From Octopus sinensis (taxonomy: Eukaryota), in the NCBI RefSeq assembly GCF_006345805.1, contig NC_043003.1, positions 99,572,001-99,636,000 of the forward strand: a DNA stretch of 64,000 nt. The letters run 5' to 3'. The notes below the pieces were generated by a model, which did not search any database, was not told the DNA's origin, and saw only the letters and a list, made by a program, of their open reading frames with translations. The stretch's first letter is position 1. Each line of letters begins with the position of its first letter. Of the stretch, positions 1-12,557 are shown in pieces. Both the position numbers and the translations under genes were made by a program.

Positions 1-244
1 ATATATATAATTGATAAGTGGTTAAGAGTCCACACAAATCAAAGAGTACAATTAAAAAGTAAATAAAACTGGAAAAGTCACAAAAGCATTCTAAAATATA
101 CTTTTGTAACTTTTCTAACTTTACTTACTTTTTAAATAACATATATATATAAAATATGAATTAGAGATAAAATCACTATTAGGCAACACAAACAGTGATA
201 GACATAAGCCAATACATAAATAAAATATATTATAAATATAATTA

Positions 245-302
<58 letters not shown>

Positions 303-719
303 AAAATTTTCCAAAGAGTATAAAAAGAATGATAAATATAATATAATAAGTAAAAACACTATGTACGTTTCATGGCTATAATTAAATTCGAATTACAATT
401 AAGTTTAAATTCAATTGAAATAAATTCGAACTAAAATTATAGTCAATCTTCAGGTTAATGATAATAGTTAAATAAATAAGCAAATAGAGTTAAACAATAT
501 TTTTTTAAAAATAAATAAAATAATAATTTTTCTTATAAAAAATCTCCATTATCTAAATTAGAAACTTAAAACATTAGGATTATGTCATACAACCCATTTA
601 TTATGTTAAATATTTATTTTTAAGTTAAAAAAAAATTAGATAGAAATATGTATTTATCTATGAAGATATAATATGGCTTTAAAAAACATAATAAACTCAC
701 AAATATCCTTAACTCAGTT

Positions 720-845
720 AAGGATGTACATACCTACATATATATGTATATATACATGTATATATGGGTACAGGACATCAAAACAACGTTGACTACAATG
801 AGAAACGAAAACATAAAAGCAAAAACATAGAAACGAACTTTTTAT
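720..845 (-). repeat. Fragment of dispersed repeat family Y (PLE-terminal-like non-coding repeat)
   Basis: TACAGGACATCAAAACAACGTTGACTACAATGAGAAACGAAAAC matches copies at ~37950 and ~50240 and the reverse complement at ~32930 and ~33790. Confidence 0.7.
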
Positions 846-851
846 CATATA

Positions 852-917
<66 letters not shown>

Positions 918-1202
918 ATAGAAAAGATCCCGAGGAACGGTTAAAAGGTAGCCATATAAGGTAGGTGTCCCATAAGCGTCCTAGGAATTAGTAATCACAC
1001 TTGCGTGGGAGTTAATTCTGAGAAGTGAGACGTGTTTTGGAGAACATAAGAATAATGTAAAAGGGAGGAAAACGCTCAAGATATTATTTAAATCATTTAT
1101 ATCACAATACATATGTATGTATGTGGATATGTATATATGTGTGTGTGTGCGTGTGCATGTGTGTATATGTATGTACATATATAGATATATGTATATGCAT
1201 AT

Positions 1203-1346
<144 letters not shown>

Positions 1347-1357
1347 ATATATATATA

Positions 1358-1700
1358 AATTTTTGGTTGGGCAATTCATTTTCCGAGTTTGGACACTTTT
1401 CCATGCTGTTGAAGAAGGTGTCTATCAGTTGAATTACATGAATTGAGCTTGCTACCCAGTTCTTCAACTATCACAGCATTATTCTTCTCAAGCTCTGGCA
1501 TCGAATTCAACAGGGCGTTCTATTCGTAGCTTCCCTCTTAGGCTGAAATCATCATTTTTGAACTTGGCAAAACATTTTCAACTTTTTCGTTGCAAACCAT
1601 CTTCCGCAACTTCTTTCGTTCAAGCTGCTACTGCACTATTCCCTTTTCTGCATTCATAAAGCATTATATGACTTAAATGTTCCTTCATTGCGTCGATCTT
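1358..1700 (-). pseudogene. Mariner transposase N-terminal (HTH) fragment, decayed
   Basis: Minus-strand translation MKEHLSHIMLYECRKGNSAVAA...KCFAKFKNDDFSL resembles the mariner N-terminus; stops and frameshifts present. Confidence 0.75.
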
Positions 1701-1885
1701 TGAGAGGTTAATATAAGTAATTAATTCAGTCAGATTATATGCTGTAAAAAGAAATTATATTAAGTTAAAGCTTTCCAAATTCATATGAGTAACACAATCA
1801 ATACTATTTGACATTTTAATAATACTGTAAAATTTTATGGAAATTACATATATGACATTTCGGACATTATTTACAAGATGACCTG

Positions 1886-2052
1886 GTATGTATGTATGTA
1901 TGTGTGTATGTATGTATGTATGTATGTATGTATGTATGTATGTATGTATGTATGTATGCATGCATGCATGTATGTATGTATGTATGTATGTATGTATGTA
2001 TGTATGTATGTATGTATGTATGTATGTATGTATGTATGTATGTATGTATGTA
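1886..2052. repeat. (TATG)n microsatellite, one of many (also ~12425-12510, 41645-41720, 44390-44715, 59560-59790)
   Basis: Directly visible tetranucleotide array. Confidence 0.98.
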
Positions 2053-2145
2053 TTTTGTGTGTATGTGTGTATGTATGTATATATATATAAGCAATAAAAA
2101 ATCTCTGAACGAGGTATGAACAGTAGCTGCACGACAATGTGAAGC

Positions 2146-2280
2146 ATATTTGCCACTTAAATGTGGCTAACCACTAAGGGTGGATGCTACTGTAGCCTGT
2201 AACCCCAGGAGAACATCTTCTCCAGCTGGCTATTGACACACTTTCTGTTCCCTATCAGTATTTGCAAAGGGAAGTCATAC
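2146..2280 (+). repeat. Unclassified repeat family X fragment, enclosed by a ~48-bp inverted repeat (2098-2145 / 2278-2325)
   Basis: CACTTAAATGTGGCTAACC...CCAGCTGGCTA...TTTGCAAAGGG shared with 6021-6352 (-) and 38612-38870 (+). Confidence 0.75.
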
Positions 2281-2329
2281 TTCACATTGTCGTGCAGTTA
2301 CTGATTATACCTCGTTCAGAGATTTATTA

Positions 2330-3240
2330 TTGCTTGTTTACACTTTTTCGAGATCAGTTACTTTTCTTCACTGGAAAAAGGATATATGTGTTTGCATTGG
2401 AACCCCTTCGCATCAAAGACCGCTGATTCTTTCAATTTTTCCTTGGATTTATGTCGATTTTTTTCTGCTGCAAGCTAACTGTTGTTTGAGTTCATTTTTG
2501 TCTGTCATTTTTGTTCTCGTGTTGCACGTTGATTTTTGAACTGTTGTCTTTTTGACACACAGTAATTTTCGCCCTACGGGGAAGAAAATTTCTGTTTTTT
2601 TGCGCGAACTGTTAACCTTTACAGTTTATTTTTGAAAAATTCCTTTTTTTCTTGTCATTTGTGACAGGTTTCTCTTGTTTTGCAATGGAACTTGACTTTA
2701 CGTCAAAAACAGATTTTCCCGAGATGGGAGAAGGTAAAAACGTCGACAAACAAAAGGTCACCCAGACTAAACAAAGTTTTTCTGACGCGGTAGGCGGCAA
2801 TATTGTAGAACTGGGTGTCTCTCCTTCCACTCCTCCTCGCCGAGCTTTGCATATCTCTACCAGCGGGGTGGGATTGGAGAATTTTTTTGTGTTATTCGTC
2901 TGCATTATTAATTTTCTTTTTTGTTTGGCGTGGGGAGTCCAGAGTGTTAGATTTTTTTCCTTTTGTTTGTCACAATCGTGTACTCCATTTCTTCTTCTTT
3001 TTCCTTTGTTAGATGTTTTTCCTCCTTTTCTTTTTCGTCTTGTTTTTCATTCTTTTTCTTTTCCTCCTTTTGAATTTCAGTTTGTTTTTTACCCGTGTTT
3101 TCTTTAGCTGTTGCTGTGTTGTCTGCTTTGTTGTTCTCTGTGTTTTTCACAGCGTTTTGAAAAGGGGCATTAACCGTTTTTTCTTCGTGCATTCGGAGCG
3201 AACGTGGCTCTTCTGTCCGCACTTGAAAAACACGGGTCGA
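2330..3240 (-). pseudogene. Inverted ORF1 segment of the LINE with a degenerate CCHC zinc knuckle and a K/E-rich tail
   Basis: Minus strand 3230-3189 reads FFKCGQKSHVRSEC (Cx2Cx4Hx4C with the first C changed to F), followed by K/E-rich sequence (EMEYTIVTNKRKK) in another frame. Confidence 0.65.
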
Positions 3241-3244
3241 TAGT

Positions 3245-5707
3245 GTGGGCTCAACTGATAGAAAAGGGAATCCTTGCCTCAAGGGTCTACTAGAGAGCTA
3301 TAATCTAGTAGACCGTTACCGAATGGATGAGCCGAGCGTTCCAAAGTGGATGTGGAGTAACAACGACGGCTCACGCAGATCGTACCTAAATAGGGTATTT
3401 ATTAAGGAAAGAGATAAGAATAGTGTCAGTTGTCCACAATTTTGTATTGTGCCTTACGCAGATCACAAGCTTGTAACGTGTGAGGTACATGTAGATAAAT
3501 GTCATAGACAGGGACCCGGGTATTGAAAAATGAACAAGTCTATTTTGACTTGTGAAGCTTTCCGTACCCGGATTAAGGTGTTAGTTCAGAGGGCATTATG
3601 TGGCACCATCATTAACAATAGATGATGGCACGCCCTCAAAAGAGCCATCCGTTTAGAGTCCATTAGATTTAGCAAGCAGCTAAGTTTAGATAGGACTAGA
3701 ATAGAGGGCGATTTAGTTAAGAACTTAGACAAGGCAATGGAATCTGGCTCTGCATCTAGAGTGTTGGCAGCGAGAACGATTTTGTACCGCCACCTCAACG
3801 CCGAGCATGAAGGTTGCAGAGTCAGAGCCAAGCTACGTGCAGGGAAACGAGAAGGTATTAATGTTGCCCGGTGGGCACGTCGTGAGCAGAGAGGTAAAAA
3901 GTCCTCTATAAAGTCTTTAACGGACGAGCGAGGGCGCAAGATCTATGGACAGGAGGAGGTGCAGAAAGACTTTCACCAGCATTTCGCTCGGTTGTTCGGG
4001 GAGAGTAGTCCGCCTGGGAGAGGGAAGGCCTTAAAAGACTTCCTAGCCGGTGGGCCACGATTCTCGGCACGTGAAGCTGAATGCTGTGAAGGACCGATCA
4101 CTCCCGCGGAAGTAAGTGTTAGCCAAGTGAGCCGGGGAAAAGTCGCCGGGGTAAGACGGTCTGCCCTACGAGTTTTATCATTGTATGCTGGACTTGTTCA
4201 GGGAATTACTGGCAGTCATCTACGCAAACATAATGGGAGGATTCCCAGTTCTGTGAGCCGGGGAGTTGTGACGCTGGTCCCGAAAGACCCGAGCAAGGGG
4301 GATAGTATCGGTAATTATAGGCCCATAACTCTACTTAATGTAGAGTTAAAGATTTTGGCCAAGGTGCTGGCAAAAAGGTTGACGGCTGTCGTGGAGAAAC
4401 TTGTCGGGAAGGCGCAGACATGCGCATTCCCAGGCAGGTCAATCCAGGATAATCTTCACCTCCTTCGCTACACCTTAGATAGGGTTGGGAAATTAGACCA
4501 AAGTAAAGCGTTCGATACGGTTGACCATCGGTACCTGGAGGCGGTCCTCGAAGCGGCTGGGCTGGGCCCTGGCTTTCGCGGGTGGATCTCTGCCATGTAC
4601 AACGGCATCAAGTCCACAGTCCAGATAAACGGCTACCTAGCGGAGCCGTTTTCGATCAAGCCTTCTGTTCGTCAAGGGTGTCCCTTGTCTTCGCTTCTAT
4701 ACGTTTTGGCTCTTGAACCATTGCCGCGGAAGTTGGAGAAGTTAGGAAGCAACCCAAATGAAATCGGATGCGGTAGATTTGTTTCAGTTTATGCGGATGA
4801 CGTCGCCCTCATCGTGTCCAATGAAGCACAGCTACCTCGTGTAGAAGATACTCTCCGAAGATACGAAGTGGTGGCAGGGGCAAAAGTTAACAAGGACAAG
4901 TCTATCGGTTTGCGCCTCGGCACCTGAAGGAACAACCCGATATCTTCCAGTGTCGTTGGACACTAGACAGATGGTCCTGTTAAGTTGCTTGGAGTTTGGT
5001 TTGGTCTGGACTCCCAGACGGAGAAGAATTGAAGTGAGGTAGTGGACAAGGTGGAGGCCATAGTACGGAAGTGGTCCGGAAGCCCTCTGTCCTTGAAGGG
5101 CAGGGCGGAGGTGGTGCAGGTGTTTATAGCATCTGTAATTACCTACCGCCTGTCCGTTGTGCCTTGCCCCGATTTTTGGCTAAACAAGCTGGTACAACTC
5201 CTCTTCCACTTTTTGTGGAGAGGGGGAAAGTCACTTGTGAGGCGCTCTGTGTGCTACCAGCAACCGCTAAAGGGTGGCTTGGGGATGCCCTGGCTAATGA
5301 TGCGCAGACATGCGTTGAGGCCGAGACATCTCTGGTGCCACCTGAAGGGTGATAAGGTGTGGAGTCCGTTGGCGGAGGAGTTCTTGCCGCGACCGGCCTC
5401 TTTGGAGAGATTTAAACCCGGTTTCATTAAAAGACGTAACCTGACTTTATGGCAGAAGGAGTGCCGTCAGGCACTCTGGCTGATCCACAAGACGGGCAAG
5501 GCCGACTGCGGGAATACCACCTCGGTGTTCTATAGAATGGAAGGTATTGTGAGAGGGTCCTTCGTCTCCGACCCCAGTTTGTTATATTACTTCAGATATC
5601 ATCTGAAGAGCAAGATGGGGTTGGAGAGGAAGACCCTGCCACCGAATGAATATGAAAAACAATGGAAGGAAGTGATGAGAAAGGTGGGTTTTAGTAACCC
5701 AGCTTAA
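3245..5707 (+). pseudogene. LINE ORF2 (endonuclease-reverse transcriptase), disrupted
   Basis: ORFs 3245-3526, 3737-4927 and 5042-5707 carry EN, RT and C-terminal motifs separated by stops and frameshifts. Confidence 0.9.
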
Positions 5708-6020
5708 TCATCGAAGAAAGGAAAAACTAGTTGCTGGGCCTTATAGACTGCGGGTTCAAATTTTGAACCTGCATTTTTCCCTTTTTCCTTTTTAGCGTAT
5801 GTTTTGTCTCTAGTTTTATTTTAAAAAACACAAAAAAGTTCTCGCACAAAGGCAAAAGTAGGCCAATTATTCGTTTAAAGGCAAAAGTAAGCCAAGGTTT
5901 CGTTTATGTCATATTATAGTTAAATTTTTAAAAGTCTCATTCGAACTCATGTGACATTTTTGTATTTGTCTGTCTTGTTATGTCCTTTTCTATGTTAGAT
6001 CTCATGATCATAATAAAGAT

Positions 6021-6352
6021 TTTATCGAAGACCGGTGATTGTGTGCGCTGACAACGGGTAAATACCAGAAACCCGGATCCGTGTGTGTCACGTCAGGTCG
6101 ACTATGGGAAGTACGGCTTCCCTTTGCAAATACCTATTTCTTTACTACCCACAAGGGGCTAAACACAGAGGGGACAAACAAGGACAGAGACACGGATTAA
6201 GTCGATTACATCGACCCCAGTGCGTAACTGGTACTTAATACTGATAGGGCACAGAAAGTGTGTCCATAGCCAGCTGGAGAAGCCGTTCTCCTGGGGCTAT
6301 AAGCTGCGCTAGCATTTATCCTTAGTGGTTAGCCACATTTAAGTGCAAATAT
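6021..6352 (-). repeat. Repeat family X copy interrupted by a SINE fragment
   Basis: Reverse complement aligns with 38625-38845 and 2146-2280. Confidence 0.75.
6134..6236 (-). mobile_element. 5'-truncated tRNA-derived SINE (family B 3' end) with AATAC direct repeats
   Basis: Reverse complement of 30860-30965; AATAC at 6129-6133 and 6237-6241; the empty site TCAGTATTTGCAAAGGG is seen at ~2260. Confidence 0.85.
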
Positions 6353-6354
6353 AC

Positions 6355-6438
<84 letters not shown>

Positions 6439-6744
6439 CATGTTGCTTCTATTTGTTGCCCACACGCATGGACTTATGTGTATGAAGAAGAAGAATATTG
6501 TAATAACCCTGGTCTAACTGTATGTTATATAATATATACATACATACATACATATATATATATAATATATATATATATATAATATATATATAATATATTA
6601 TATATATAGTATACATTGACTGTGATCCTAAAATTTACATCTTTCGTAACTATTTGTTTATATTGCATCGTAGTATGCGGTATATTGGAGTCTACTGTAA
6701 TATGTATTGTGAAATGAAGATTACACTGAATCTAATAATAATAT

Positions 6745-6756
6745 TATTATTAATAA

Positions 6757-6837
<81 letters not shown>

Positions 6838-6900
6838 TAATAATAATAACAACAACAACAACAACAACAATAATAATAATAATAGTAATAATAATAGTAT
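6745..6900. repeat. (TAA)n/(CAA)n microsatellite
   Basis: Directly visible. Confidence 0.97.
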
Positions 6901-7170
6901 TAGTAATAATTAAGTATTATATGTCTATTCATGAATATAGATGTATGTGTATATTCCAGTATATATGTATATATATATGATTAATTGTCTATATTCTTGT
7001 ACGCATGTTTAATTGTGCCTATTTATGTATTTATGTACATGTATAGGTGTATATATTTTGCTTATGTATATATATGTGTATGTATATATGGACATGTATT
7101 TATATTTATATATATATCAAATTGTACGTGTATACTGTTTCATGTATATATTTATATTTTGAAAGTACTT

Positions 7171-7222
7171 TATAATCTCTGACGAGGCCTATATAAGTAC
7201 TGGAACAGCTGTAAGCGATTTT
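7171..7222 (+). ncRNA. Degenerate minimal type I hammerhead ribozyme
   Basis: CTGACGA core, GGAA instead of GAAA, palindromic stem III ACAGCTGT, GUA triplet; stems I and II weak. Confidence 0.5.
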
Positions 7223-7409
7223 TAATGATTCTAACAATTTATATTAATGTTTTTTTAATAACTATTTGTAGTCTTATCTTAAATGTATTGAATTTTATCC
7301 TGTATATATGCATGTTATTATGGTTGTAGTTTTGTTAATTAAATAAGACAACATTCTAATATCCTAAAGCTGATAAACCAACTAATGTGTTTCTCCATTT
7401 TCGTATTTG

Positions 7410-7489
<80 letters not shown>

Positions 7490-7717
7490 GTCATTTCAAA
7501 ATGTAACCACATGTGAATCGTTGGCGATTTTTTTTACTCCGTCTTCCTTTTCTACTGGACTTTCCTCTGTCTCCTGTTTCCGAAAAAGAGTTTTGCTTGA
7601 AACATAAAACCACCTTTTTTTCCTTCCTTGAGCGTCTGCTAATACTTTACATGTACCACGTCTTTGCGTTGTTGGTTTTTTTGTGTTAGTTCTTCGTTTT
7701 TGTGGATATATTTTATA

Positions 7718-7757
<40 letters not shown>

Positions 7758-7992
7758 ATATATATATATATATATGTCATTTCAAAATGTAACCACATGT
7801 GAATCGTTGGCGATTTTTTTTACTCCGTCTTCCTTTTCTACTGGACTTTCCTCTGTCTCCTGTTTCCGAAAAAGAGTTTTGCTTGAAACATAAAACCACC
7901 TTTTTTTCCTTCCTTGAGCGTCTGCTAATACTTTACATGTACCACGTCTTTGCGTTGTTGGTTTTTTTGTGTTAGTTCTTCGTTTTTGTGGA

Positions 7993-8000
<8 letters not shown>
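7490..8000 (+). repeat. Two identical ~225-bp copies (7490-7714, 7776-8000) of a PLE-terminal repeat separated by (TA)n
   Basis: Direct identity; homologous to the reverse complement of 29060-29260, including a decayed HHR-like stretch at 7577-7609. Confidence 0.8.
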
Positions 8001-8031
<31 letters not shown>

Positions 8032-8036
<5 letters not shown>

Positions 8037-8720
8037 TGAGATAAATTGAATATTTATTTAATTAATTTCAATTTAAATCCAGTAGCTTAGCATATAAAAA
8101 ATCTGAAAAATCAGAGAAAATTTCAATACATGTGTATATTTAGGGCTAAACCACCAGGTGGATAACCATACGCTAAAAGAAGATCACATACGATCTAACT
8201 ACAAAGAAGGAATGTTCTACAGAGAAAAATTCAGCGAACACCAGAACATGAGCAGTCAAGACAGATGAAAATTATATAAAAATCAAGAATTAATCGTATA
8301 CCAATTTCGTCTATTACCGAATAAATTACCTACGTAATCATTCGTCCGCAGACTCGTCAGTACGATCGTTCCAATTAAAAAAAAATTGCAAAACTAAACA
8401 CTAGTTGTCCATATAAAACCAGACACGTGCTTAGTTCTACCGATCACATTGGGGTTATTTTCAAACGTCTAAGTTCTGGCGCGCTAAATTCCGGAAACAG
8501 TTCTGCAGTAGATAATTTACTGCAGTTAATGTTGCCAATTAGAGAACATAATTATTTTAACATTTAAATAATGAGGGAGATAAATTGAATATTAATTTAA
8601 TAACAATTTAAAACCCGTAGCTTAGCATATATAAAAAATCTGAAAAATCAGAGAAAATTTCAATACATGTGTATATTTAGGGCTAAACCACTAGGTGAAT
8701 AAATATACACATGTATTGAA

Positions 8721-8722
<2 letters not shown>
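8032..8722 (-). mobile_element. Short non-coding element with ~150-bp direct repeats and an internal hammerhead (retrozyme / non-autonomous PLE-like)
   Basis: 8032-8182 is similar to 8568-8700; HHR at 8292-8367; terminal fold-back 8658-8722. Confidence 0.55.
8292..8367 (-). ncRNA. Type I hammerhead ribozyme, canonical core
   Basis: Minus strand: stem I GATCGTA/TACGATT, CTGACGA, stem II GTCT/AGAC (G10.1-C11.1), GAAA, short stem III TTGG, GUA cleavage triplet. Confidence 0.85.
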
Positions 8723-8805
<83 letters not shown>

Positions 8806-9247
8806 TGTTTGTGTTTGTGTGTATAATAGGGATATGATATGAGTTTTTGATTTGAGGGAAGTAAACAATTTTCTTATCAAAGTCGGTGAATGAGTAGGGA
8901 AAATAACATCTATTTTAAGTTTTCTTAATAAAATGTCAGCCCAACTGAAGAAATCTTACACCACTTTTGACCTGAATCCTTCAAAATTCTAGCGAGATTC
9001 ATAATGCCTATTCAAGTTTTTACCAAACTTGGTGTACTGGATTAATGCAATGCAGAAGCAGTATATCTCAAATTTCAGTTTTGAAGTTTAAGTAGTTTAG
9101 GAGTTATAGAGATTTTAATTTGTTATTACTTAGGCCCTACTTTAAGAAATATCCTCTTCTTCTCCTTTTTATTTCTGTGACGCTAAAATCTCTGACTATA
9201 TTGTTTTTTCAGAATAGGAGGCTTATCCAACTAGAGTGTCTAAAATA

Positions 9248-10790
9248 ATGTCTTATAAGAGAAGTGCTCAAGTCACTCAAAGAAACAAAAAATTCTGGAC
9301 GACGAATCTCGTGCAATTTGAAGACTCACATAGGAAAAGAAGACCTGTTCTTTTAGAAGAGCATTCTTTGGAAAACAACTGGAATTTTTGACATCACAAA
9401 AGAAAATGGTGAATGGCTGTGCCGCGAGGAAAGGAGGTTATATTATCTTCAAATTGAAAGCAAGGGACAGGTTGGATATACAACTGGAAAAGCAGCCAGT
9501 TCCAAAACTATTCATCTATCCTAAAGAAGAAAAGTGTCCTAAATGCCAACTTAAAGCAGAGCAACTCCAGAGCCATCGTCAATGTCTGAAGCAGAGATTG
9601 AAAGTGAATATCAGGAGTCCGAAAAATCAGATGAAGAATCCACACAAATAAGGAGGAAGTATAGCAAAACTGTAACTGCAACCAAGTTAGTAATATCTTC
9701 CAAGTTATCAACCCAAAAAGCAGCAACAGTTTGTCGGCAATTATCTCAAGATGGAATCAACGTCGAGGTTCCTTCCTGATCTGGTATTTACAGATCGATT
9801 ATCAAAGAAGCTGCTAAACTAAAGGAGAAAATGAAGAAAACACTACATTTAGAAAACTGGTTATTGCATTTTCAAGGTAAACATATTGATGAACAACAAT
9901 ACCAAGTATACCAAGTGCTAGTTTTCAAGAATGAACAGGGTGAAGTTAAGTTAGAAGGACTCCAATTACCAAAGGGAAAAACCGATACTGTTGTGAAAGG
10001 AATAACAGCTGTTTTAGATGAATACAATTTATGGACCTGTGTAAAGATGATTGTCGCTGATTCAATGGGTGTAAACACTGGGGGAAAATGGCATTGTCAT
10101 TCAATTCCAAAGACTGTTTGCATAAAAAGGGTTTGAAAGAACCGCAATTTATTAGTTGTAAGCATCATATCCTTGATAGAGTTCTTCGTGTTGTAATGGA
10201 TAACGAACTTGGAGAAAAAATTCATCTTCTCCCAATATTGAATATACATTCATCTCATAGCTTCTAAGTAATTACGAGAAACTCCAGGCTAATTTCAACA
10301 ACGGTGAAAAAGAAAATTACTGGATCAGCAGGATGGCGACATGACGTGAACTTTCTATTTCATTTGACCAGAGTTTTTCGTTTCTTTGAAGAAACCGGAC
10401 AATTTTCTACTATAAAGTTTCAAAAAATACCCAACTTAAGTAATGCAAGATGGAATTCTCAAGCAACACTAGCTCTTTTGGTATTTATTCTTCTAACAGA
10501 GAAAAGAGTTTTGCTTCTCAATGTTTGTCGATTCATCTCTTACAGCTGGGCTGATTTTTGGTTTACTGACCAAGTGTTCAAAGCACATGATTATCAGAAG
10601 TTATGTGGTAGCCTGTAAGTTCATAAAAACGCATCATAAAAGACTTTTAGAGTCGAAAACCACCAAAACTGGAAATTCCCGAACAAATCAGAGTGCAGAA
10701 CGGGCAATCATGTGCCTTCAATATCTTTATTATGTTCGTAAAAAGGAGAAGCTCCAGCTTCGATTTATTTTATCTAACAATTCAATAATA
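9248..10790 (+). pseudogene. hAT-superfamily DDE transposase, decayed
   Basis: LHF(Q)GK, ADSMGVNTG, CKHHILD (C2H motif), ARWNS and NQSAERA in order across frameshifts. Confidence 0.8.
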
Positions 10791-11052
10791 ACAGTTAAAC
10801 AAAAACGGTACTCGTATGGAGCGTATACACTTCCAATTCACTAACACAAATAAATCACTAACCACAATGCCGACGTCCTCTCAACGATTAGCCGGAGATG
10901 ATTTTTAAAATGAGAGTATCTGAAATAAACTTGACTGCCCTCACAATCGAGAATATTAAAAATGAACCCGACCGCTCTCAAAAATTAAGTAGAGTCTATA
11001 TTTCCCCAAAATATAGACTCTACTTCAAATACTAAGAACTGTTACACACACG

Positions 11053-11131
<79 letters not shown>

Positions 11132-11713
11132 ACACACACACACTGAAACACACGCTTAGGCACACACTCATCACATACAAACATTCACACACAAGCACAG
11201 CATACGTGCGAGCACACACACGCGCGCGAGTGCGGGTGTAAACGATAGTTACAGTAACGTGACTATCAACAAAAACAATCATTGTCGTCATCATCGTTAT
11301 CATAAATACAGCCATCATCCTCTTCCTCCTCATCCTCATCATCACCATCATCATCATCATCATCATCTTCACCACCATCATCATCATCAACATCAGCAGC
11401 AGTACCATCGAGGGGTATAGAACAGTAGTAGTAGTAGTAGATTGCGTGTCCAAATACTTTTGCAGTGGCGTGTATGATGGCGTAGCACAACTGATGACAA
11501 TAGCATATTAATTACGAACGTATGTAACTGCCTTTATAACACGTGATTAGATACACACATTGAAATCATTAATCGCATTCGTGCATGAATGCTTAACAAA
11601 ATATAGATACATCCACACTAGATACCTAGCAACAAACATATTTACATATAAGTGTGCACGCATGTATGCGAATATACATGTTTGGTTACGTACATATACA
11701 AATCATATGCGCA

Positions 11714-11877
11714 GGCGTGGCTGTGTGGTAAGAAGCTTACTTCCCAACCACGTGGTTCAAGGTTCAGTCCCACTGCATGGCATCTTGAGCAAGTGTCTTC
11801 TACTATAGTCTCGGGCTGACCAAAGCCTTGTGTGTAGATTTGGTAGACGGAAACTGAAAGAAGCCTGTCGTATATAT

Positions 11878-11942
<65 letters not shown>

Positions 11943-12170
11943 ATATTTATACCTGTCTGCCTGTCAGTCTGCGCCTGTGTTTGTACCCCCGCTATCGATT
12001 GACAAACGATGCTGGTGTATTTATGCTCCCGTAACTTAGCGGTTCGGTAAAATAGTCCGATAGAATAAGTACTAAGCTTACAAAGAATAAGTCCTGGGAT
12101 TTGTTCGAGCAAAACCCTTTAAGTACGTGAATGGCCAGCCAAAATAACTGAAACAACTAAAAGAATAAAA
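11714..12170 (+). mobile_element. tRNA-derived SINE family A with CORE-like segment and internal (TA)n
   Basis: Head GGCGTGGCTGTGTGGTAAG (A box) and GGTTCAGTCCC (B box), CTTGAGCAAGTGTCTTCTAC, internal microsatellite, conserved tail. Confidence 0.85.
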
Positions 12171-12227
12171 GAAAAAAAGAACACATGCATACAGACAAAT
12201 CTTTCGTACGTACATATTTATATATAT

Positions 12228-12420
12228 AGGTTTCAAAGTTTGGTCCCAGTGCCAGCAATTTCGAGGGATGAGGTAACTCGATTACTTCGACTCCAATGCT
12301 CAACTGAGACTTATTTTATCGACTTCAAAGGAATGAAAGGAAAACTCGACTCCGGCGACATTTGAACTCAGACGAAATGCTGCTAGGAATTTTTGCTCGA
12401 CGTACCAGTAATTCAGCCAT
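12228..12420 (-). mobile_element. tRNA-derived SINE family B, diverged
   Basis: TTATTTTATCGAC...ATTTGAACTCAG matches the reverse complement of 30780-30900. Confidence 0.7.
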
Positions 12421-12557
12421 TTGATACATACACACATACATACATACATACATACATACATACATACATACATACATACATACATACATACATACATACA
12501 TACATACATACGTACGTACACTGCATAAATACCAATCTTGAGAAATTAGCCTCCTCA

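Larger units (their letters stand above)
2330..6018 (+). mobile_element. Tx1-like (L1 superfamily) non-LTR retrotransposon, decayed, with an inverted 5' segment
   Basis: APE endonuclease C-half (WSNNDGSRRSYLNRVF, DHKLV, GPGY*KMN), RT (NYRPITLLN, DQSKAFD, VRQGCPLS, YADD), Tx1-like C-terminus (LSLKGRAEVV), T-rich 3' UTR ending at AATAAA ~6012. Confidence 0.9.
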
